Shown: one piece after another, positions 57,947 to 64,000 of the stretch
Layout: each line of letters starts with the position of its first letter
Position numbering within the stretch: the first letter of the stretch is position 1
Source: Candidatus Bathyarchaeia archaeon
GTDB taxonomy: Archaea > Thermoproteota > Bathyarchaeia > 40CM-2-53-6
Direction of reading: 5' to 3'
Assembly (NCBI GenBank): GCA_049517415.1
Contig: JBEKSC010000012.1
Coordinates: 1-64,000 of the forward strand
Length of the DNA stretch: 64,000 nucleotides
Notes under the pieces: generated by a model
What the model saw: only the letters and a program-made list of their open reading frames with translations
Database searches by the model: none
What the model was told of the DNA's origin: nothing
Translations under genes and position numbers: made by a program

Positions 57947-58978
57947 ATGAGACGAGGAGCGAGCGTTTACCTCGTCACCCGAACACATGGGTTGCGAACC
58001 CACCTCATAACCCCGCGTGACATGCAAATTCTAGCCAAGGCAAAAACCCTGAGAGACGTCTCCGACAACTTGCTCAAGACAGAGTACGCGGTTGAGATTG
58101 GTCAACTGCCCACGCAAGAACAGGACGCAACAACATTAGAAAACATCATTCTCAAAAAACTCGTGGAGAGGTTCTTTTTCGTACGTCGTTCCGCCCAAGG
58201 GAAGATGCAGGATCTGCTCACCAGATACTCCGCTAGATTCGAAGTAGAGAACATAAAGAGAATAATCAGGGCGAAACACGGCGGCCAAAACGCGGAAGAA
58301 CAAGCCCTCATTCCTCTGCAAAGAGAGTATACCCTCGTGAACTTTCCTGCGCTCCTCAAAGCGAAAGACGTGGACGAAGTGGCATCCCTTCTCAGGGATA
58401 CCCAGTATCGCCCAATTCTCGAGAAGCTTCAAGCATACGACGAGAGCGGAACAACCATGATCCTTGAAGCAGCTCTCGATAAGATCTACTTCAGCAAAGT
58501 CTGGGGGCTGGCAGGAAAAATGCAGGGAGCCCGGGATCTAATTGGAGAAGAAATAGACCTGAGAAACTTGCTCACTGTGTTTTCCTTAAAGACGAGAGAA
58601 GCTTCTGCAAAGCTCATAGAAGAATCCACAATCCCGGTATCCTATGCCCTTCCGAAGGCAACGCTGCGAGCCTTGCTCCAAAGCCAACTACAGGAGGCCC
58701 CGAACCTGCTGACTACGGGCTATTCTAAACTCGCCTCAGAAGCCGCAAACTTGCTCAAGAAGGGTTCATCATTGCTCCTCGAACGAGTTTTCTTCAAGCA
58801 GCTCTACGGCGACGCTTCAACAGTTTTGACAACGGACCCGCTTCAGGTTGGATACATAATCGCGTACCTTCTGCTGTGTGAGTGTGAGGCGAAGAACCTG
58901 ATTTCAATCGTAACAGGCAAACAATTGAACTTGGGTGAGGAAGTTATCTTGAACGATTTGTTCGGAGTTCAGGACTAA
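57947..58978 (+). CDS. atpC: A/V-type ATP synthase subunit C
   Basis: FEVENIKRIIRAK..LEAALDKIY..EIDLRNL..E.EAKNL. Confidence 0.88.
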   Translation: MRRGASVYLVTRTHGLRTHLITPRDMQILAKAKTLRDVSDNLLKTEYAVEIGQLPTQEQDATTLENIILKKLVERFFFVRRSAQGKMQDLLTRYSARFEVENIKRIIRAKHGGQNAEEQALIPLQREYTLVNFPALLKAKDVDEVASLLRDTQYRPILEKLQAYDESGTTMILEAALDKIYFSKVWGLAGKMQGARDLIGEEIDLRNLLTVFSLKTREASAKLIEESTIPVSYALPKATLRALLQSQLQEAPNLLTTGYSKLASEAANLLKKGSSLLLERVFFKQLYGDASTVLTTDPLQVGYIIAYLLLCECEAKNLISIVTGKQLNLGEEVILNDLFGVQD

Positions 58979-58993
58979 ACGCTACTAACTTAA

Positions 58994-59350
58994 CTAGTGT
59001 CTACCTAGAATTAGGATAGCAACGACTAACCCGTAGATAGCAATCCCTTCACCTAAGCCAGCAAAAACAAGAACCCAAGTTGTGAGCTCAGGCCTTTCGA
59101 CCATAGCTGCCAGCCCGGCTGAAGTAGACCCATAAATAGCTAAGCCTGCACCAATCCCGCAGAGACCAACTGCCAAGCCAGCGCCTAGTATGTCGTAACT
59201 CCCCGTCGTTTGTGGTGTGGTTGTTTGCTGAGCAAATGTGGTTGCGACAGAAAATGTGAACAAGAACAGGGCCACGAGAAACGGAGACAGTAGTAACAGA
59301 TTTCTCTTCCAGTGCGAACTTCTTTGAGGGTTCAACAAGACCGTGGCCAT
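58994..59350 (-). CDS. atpK: A/V-type ATP synthase proteolipid subunit K(c)
   Basis: GAGLAVGL.GIGAG..ERPE..GEGIAIYGL; single hairpin plus signal-peptide-like N-terminus. Confidence 0.93.
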   Translation of the reverse strand: MATVLLNPQRSSHWKRNLLLLSPFLVALFLFTFSVATTFAQQTTTPQTTGSYDILGAGLAVGLCGIGAGLAIYGSTSAGLAAMVERPELTTWVLVFAGLGEGIAIYGLVVAILILGRH

Positions 59351-59365
59351 TGGCGTTGGGACTCA

Positions 59366-61366
59366 TTATTTAACGGTTCCGAGGATTTTCGGGAGCGAGA
59401 ACGGACGATATGGGACTCCGTTCCCAGAATAAAACTTGGTGAAGAATTCGTAGTATGTCAACCTCATGCATTGTATGAAAACCCCAAGCGCCTCGATCGT
59501 CATTCCTAGGAAATTCATTACAAGAAAGCCGGGTATGACACCGATTGTCGTTGCCATTATGACCGCTGATATGCCGAGAGCTGCATGAGCTATCGCGAAC
59601 GCGGCCAACCGCACGTAAGAAATCGAATTGGTCAAGTATGAGAGGAACGTCTCGATGAACTCCGAGGCGCCCTTCATTATACCTTCACCGAATTTGAACT
59701 CGTGTTTCATAACGCCCTCGATTGTTGGGGAGAGGAAGACAATTAGGAGGCAGGTGAGTGCAAGAGTCGTAAGCCATAGGTTTTCAGCGAAAACTGCTAA
59801 TGACATGCTCGTTGCGTACTTTACAGCTAGCGCCACGCCACTTACGTAGTAAACGAGCTTAACCCCTCCGAAGGCGGCTTCGGTCATTGCCCTTGCCCTA
59901 ACCAGGTTCACAATTTTGAGAACCAGTCCTAAGGATAATTGTACGACCCCGAACAAAAGTGCCACTATGATCATGGTGGCCTGGCCCTGGATTGGATTTA
60001 CGAAGATGGGGTGGAAAGCCTCGGATAAGAAGAATTCACCGTAAAGTGACCCGAAGAACATAGCGGATATGCCACATGTCGCTAGGATACCTCCCAACTT
60101 CCTCATTGCTCCGGCAGGAATTCCCAAGAAGCTCCGTTGAAGTCGGCTGAAGACCAAGCCCAATACCAGAAGCAGGGCACCTTGCCCGATGTCCCCGAAC
60201 ATCATTCCGTACATGATCGTAAACAGAACGGTGACTATCAGAGTGGGGTCAATTTCATTGTATGCAGGAGTTCCCCTTAATTTCGTAAACAGTTCAAAAG
60301 ACCCTGCGATCCCCCTATTGCTAATTCGAACAGGGGGCTTGTCGCCAGGTGCTGGGTCACTGAATCTAAGAACGGCGGCGCCATTCGATGACGCTTCAAC
60401 TGTCTCACTAAGGGGGGCTTCCTGTTCCGCGGGAACCCAGCCATGAACCAAGCTTAGCGTCTCGGTTCGCCCGAAAGCCGACCTGGCGCCCTCTATGGCC
60501 AGGGCCCTACGGACCACTGGTTCGAACCCCGCCGCCTTGCTCTGAAACTCTTCACAAATATTTCTCACATTTTTCTCAACATCACCAATCTCCCGCTGGA
60601 GCTTGACGATAGATGCTCGATTCTGATCTAGGGCCTCTACAGGATCGGGTGATACTCCTTTGGGGATGGTTAATTCCGCAAAGTTGAGTCGTGTTAGAGT
60701 CTCTTCCATGTACTGCTTGTCACGGTTGAGGCCTAGAAGAAAAACAAAATCTTCCTCGCGTTTGTCAGGCCATTTCGCAAATTTCACTTCGGTTCCTTCG
60801 ACATATTTCTCGAGTTTCTCTGAAAATGCTCTATTTATGAAACCGGCTTTAACGAAGATGTTTTCGAAGCCCCCGAGTGCGTCTGCCCTGAGGTCGTGTT
60901 TCTTGAGAATCAGGAGGGTCTCGTCTAGGGTTTTGAGTTCTTTTAGGTTGGAGCGCAGCGCCTCTAATTTTCCGACCGAGGTGTCTAGCTTCGTTTCTGT
61001 CTCGAGAACTCGTGATTCAATCTGCTCTAAGCTAGCGTTTGGAGAGTCGGTTGCTTTCTGTATGGGTTTAGCGGCGCTTTTCTTCAGGAAGCGCAAGACG
61101 TTTTTCTTCGTAACTTTCTCAGGCGGGAGGGTTGTTATGATGGAACCGATCCTCTGTTGAAGTTTCACATACTTCTCACATTTCTCAACGGTGTCAACTC
61201 TCTTGAAGCCGTTGATCGTATAATCCGTGATTAACTGGACTGTCCCGAGTCCGCCGAGGGTTTCGATTACCTGGTCCTCATACCTCGTAGGCAGGGCCAA
61301 GTAGAATCGTTTCATCGGTGTGCTCTTTAGCAAACCGAACGAGCCTCTTCTGGAAACCCCGCGCAA
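59366..61366 (-). CDS. atpI: A/V-type ATP synthase subunit I(a)
   Basis: GWVP, P.YNEIDPT, GMMFGDIGQG, NSISYVRL.A..IAH, RLTYYEFFTKFY. Confidence 0.95.
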   Translation of the reverse strand: MRGVSRRGSFGLLKSTPMKRFYLALPTRYEDQVIETLGGLGTVQLITDYTINGFKRVDTVEKCEKYVKLQQRIGSIITTLPPEKVTKKNVLRFLKKSAAKPIQKATDSPNASLEQIESRVLETETKLDTSVGKLEALRSNLKELKTLDETLLILKKHDLRADALGGFENIFVKAGFINRAFSEKLEKYVEGTEVKFAKWPDKREEDFVFLLGLNRDKQYMEETLTRLNFAELTIPKGVSPDPVEALDQNRASIVKLQREIGDVEKNVRNICEEFQSKAAGFEPVVRRALAIEGARSAFGRTETLSLVHGWVPAEQEAPLSETVEASSNGAAVLRFSDPAPGDKPPVRISNRGIAGSFELFTKLRGTPAYNEIDPTLIVTVLFTIMYGMMFGDIGQGALLLVLGLVFSRLQRSFLGIPAGAMRKLGGILATCGISAMFFGSLYGEFFLSEAFHPIFVNPIQGQATMIIVALLFGVVQLSLGLVLKIVNLVRARAMTEAAFGGVKLVYYVSGVALAVKYATSMSLAVFAENLWLTTLALTCLLIVFLSPTIEGVMKHEFKFGEGIMKGASEFIETFLSYLTNSISYVRLAAFAIAHAALGISAVIMATTIGVIPGFLVMNFLGMTIEALGVFIQCMRLTYYEFFTKFYSGNGVPYRPFSLPKILGTVK

Positions 61367-61507
61367 ACGGGGCTTCCCCCAGCATTATAATGCTTGTCCA
61401 AGAAAACCGAATGGAAATACTACTCCCACCAGAACGACCAAGCTACCTAGCCCTTTCCACGAATCCGGTGGGAAGCTCCTGGAACGCTTACGCTGAGAGT
61501 CTGCGGC

Positions 61508-62329
61508 TTAAATTAGCAATCTATGAACGATCAACCCTATGCTGAGGAGGTCAACGGCAACTACGATTAGTTTCAAGGACTTCTCAGGGCTGGCGATAAG
61601 TTCCGGCGCTTTCAGATCCTGTTTGGTTCTGTCTGCGAACTGCAATTCGAGAGTAGGGCTCTTTCGCCTGAAATCCTTGCACCACCGTGAGAGGATAATT
61701 TCTATCGCGGCTGTTGCGGCCATCGCTAAGGCAACTAGGACGGCGGAGAGCGTTATGGTTAGAGCGTTCACGTAGAAGCTAATTAAAACAGGCAGAGCCG
61801 CCCATGAGAAGGCGAATGAGGCTGTGCTGTGGAATCGTCCCTTCGCAATGTCCGAGTTATAGGCAATCAAGAAAAGAGTTTCCATGGAAATGAAAACCAA
61901 GAGTATCAGAGGGGCAATCAGGGAGCGGGACGCGTCGTATAGTATGAGCATGCCGTATGACCCAATCGAGACCGCGGCTACCAATGGCACAAGGAATAAG
62001 ACTTCCAATTCGTGGCGAGTCAAGTTTTCACCCCAATGCCTCGCATGAAGTTCATTCAAGGCGTGAGCCGAAAGCCCCAGCCCCAAGAAGTAGGCTAACA
62101 GCGTGAGTATTAGTCGGGACGGGTGTACCGAGGGCGAAACGGCAGCGCCGATCAAAACGTAAGCGAGAACCATCGACGTGTATGGCAAATGCATTATGGT
62201 ATACAGTTCGCGAAGCTTACCGCCGCTCCTAGCGTACCACGCTCCCTCATACAATGCGCCTCTTCGCTCCACAGTTGCTACTAGTTGGTTAAGCGGATAA
62301 ATAGACAATCGCTCAAAGAAAAGATCCAA
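61508..62329 (-). CDS. Membrane protein, distantly UbiA-like
   Basis: HLPYT..AHALNEL..YN..GRFHS..WAALP; multiple TM segments. Confidence 0.55.
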   Translation of the reverse strand: MDLFFERLSIYPLNQLVATVERRGALYEGAWYARSGGKLRELYTIMHLPYTSMVLAYVLIGAAVSPSVHPSRLILTLLAYFLGLGLSAHALNELHARHWGENLTRHELEVLFLVPLVAAVSIGSYGMLILYDASRSLIAPLILLVFISMETLFLIAYNSDIAKGRFHSTASFAFSWAALPVLISFYVNALTITLSAVLVALAMAATAAIEIILSRWCKDFRRKSPTLELQFADRTKQDLKAPELIASPEKSLKLIVVAVDLLSIGLIVHRLLI

Positions 62330-62416
62330 ATGACATTTTCCTTGCTAAATGCCAACGACCATCCAGAACTTCAAGAAGGACCGCGCTAAGTATGGGTCTG
62401 ATGACGCGGTTCCATG

Positions 62417-63712
62417 TCATCTAGCGCTCGGAGACATTGGCTTGACCCTCCTAATTACCGACAGCCTCAAACTGCGAATGATTATGCCTGCGAGAAGAAT
62501 CACAAGTCCGATGCCTATTTCTTGAGGGACGAGAGCCAAGGCTAAACCAAGACAGCCGAACAGACCCGCCCCCGCGAGCAAACGCGGAAATGTTCGCTGC
62601 TGACTTCGCAGCCTTAGCGCGGATAGGTTGGTCACACTGTAATACAGCAATGTCCCGAAGCTAGACACCGCGACTGCAACCTCGAACGGAGCGAAGGCAG
62701 CAACCAGCATCGCAATAACACCCACGAATACAACGCTCCGCCAAGGATTTTGCCCCCGGCCGAGATGAGCTAGGCTTCGTGGCAAATCAGCTTCACGTCC
62801 CATGGCAAAAGCCACACGCGAGACGCCAAGCAGATCTGAGAGACCTTCATTGAACGTGGTCAATAGCGCGCCCGCAATCACTATAGCAACTCCAACCCCG
62901 CTGCCAACTGCGGTCAAAGTTGCTTCCAGAGGCGACAACGACCGCGATAACCGCGCCGCACCTAACACACCTAGAGCCGTAGTAGCAACCAAAAGATACA
63001 GAATCATAGCGCTTCCCAACGCCAGCACCGTCGCGCGAGGTATAGTGCGCTTAGGGTTACGCACCTCCTCCACTAGAGTGGCAATGCGACTGTAACCTGT
63101 ATATGCAAAGAAGAGCAGCCCGGTCGCCTGCAGAATGCCTACCACTCCGTTTGGCGCAAAGGGCGTGAAGTTAACCGCTTGTGCCCCAGGGAGACCGATC
63201 ACGAATACCGCCAGCAAGGAGAGAACTGACATGATTACTACCACATCTGTTACGTGCACGGACCGCCGAATCCCAACCGCATTCAGCATGGTCATAACCA
63301 ATGCTGCCACGACCGCGGCAGTCCGCGCTGGAATTGCAACCCATACGGCGTGAAAGTAATATCCGAAGGCCAGCGCGATCACGCCGGGGCCAACAGTGTT
63401 AGCTGTTAGGAACATCCAGCCCGCACAAAATCCCCACCAAGGACCTAGCATTCGACGCCCGAACTCATAGGTACCACCAGAACGTGGGAAAATAGCTGCC
63501 AGCTGGGCTGAGGAAAGTGCGTTACAGAACGCAACGAACGCTGCGATGATCAGAGAAATGAGTAGAGCAGGTCCAGCGATTGCTGCAGCAGGTGCGATCA
63601 CTGCGAAGATACCTGCACCTAGAATCGCGGCAAGGCCCGTAGAGACTGCATCGAACATTCCCAGTTGTGGTCGTAACGTGATGTCCCGTGGTTGGGCCGT
63701 CATGTTCGTCAC
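62417..63712 (-). CDS. APC family amino acid permease
   Basis: GAGIF, PRSGGTY, FFAYTGY..EEVRNPKRTIP, SRVAFAMGRE. Confidence 0.93.
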   Translation of the reverse strand: MTNMTAQPRDITLRPQLGMFDAVSTGLAAILGAGIFAVIAPAAAIAGPALLISLIIAAFVAFCNALSSAQLAAIFPRSGGTYEFGRRMLGPWWGFCAGWMFLTANTVGPGVIALAFGYYFHAVWVAIPARTAAVVAALVMTMLNAVGIRRSVHVTDVVVIMSVLSLLAVFVIGLPGAQAVNFTPFAPNGVVGILQATGLLFFAYTGYSRIATLVEEVRNPKRTIPRATVLALGSAMILYLLVATTALGVLGAARLSRSLSPLEATLTAVGSGVGVAIVIAGALLTTFNEGLSDLLGVSRVAFAMGREADLPRSLAHLGRGQNPWRSVVFVGVIAMLVAAFAPFEVAVAVSSFGTLLYYSVTNLSALRLRSQQRTFPRLLAGAGLFGCLGLALALVPQEIGIGLVILLAGIIIRSLRLSVIRRVKPMSPSAR

Positions 63713-64000
63713 TCATCCCAGAAAACGGGTGACGCTTAATCTTTTCTCGGCACCTTTGAATGAGGCGCGTAGTTTGAACGGTCATGGTGTGGTAGTGGGG
63801 TGGCACAGAATAGCCATGTGGGTTTAGTGCGGAGGGATTGGTTCGTACACGCGAAATTGGAATCCTATCCGATAACCGTTGATCTACGTTTATCCCATTA
63901 TCCAGTGTGGCTTGTATGGTTCATCAGTCGCTTTACGTCATCATTACTGAGCTTAAGCTCGATTTCATTCACGGCGTCCTCAACGTGTTCTACTTTTGTT

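Noticed and set aside
1..64000. Integrase, transposase or other mobile-element gene
   Set aside because: No ORF with tyrosine or serine recombinase, DDE or HUH motifs was recognised.

Overview
Archaeal DNA (TATA-binding protein, A/V-type ATPase, many TTG/GTG starts; a TACK lineage such as Bathyarchaeia is plausible but is inference). No rRNA, complete tRNA, CRISPR array, integrase or transposase was recognised. (1) From 0.6 to 9.2 kb a string of small, unrelated, mixed-orientation genes (GNAT, two GYD/DUF3303-like, Zn-ribbon, CMD, DMT, pirin, SRPBCC, racemase, dodecin) is separated in almost every intergenic gap by a degenerate ~40-bp repeat. The repeat has the exact geometry of a tRNA 3' end (GGTTCAAAT-N9-CGCACCA, 25 nt) fused to a non-tRNA tail (CTAGTA/TTAGAC-CCACACAC) and occurs in alternating orientation blocks. 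This is the best candidate for an undescribed system: a gene-cassette array built on tRNA-derived recombination sites. (2) 10.5-16.4 kb holds a TylF methyltransferase, an ABC ATPase, a GT2, a PqqD/RRE protein with a fused leader-like tail, an HprK-like kinase and a nucleotidyltransferase, i.e. a RiPP-like tailoring set without an obvious core enzyme. (3) 19.5-29 kb: ArsR operator plus metal-efflux operon, XdhC, P3A H+-ATPase, TrmO, HxlR/Rieske/CDGSH. (4) 29-52 kb: mixed metabolic and membrane genes, an SPFH/Zn-ribbon operon next to an EF-hand-bearing HtpX, an unannotated 34-aa Tyr/Trp-rich peptide gene, and a copper/heme O cluster. (5) 52.8-61.4 kb: a complete A/V-type ATPase split into two convergent units. 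Several genes are broken by +1 frameshifts or deletions. All protein calls come from motif recognition by eye, not database searches.
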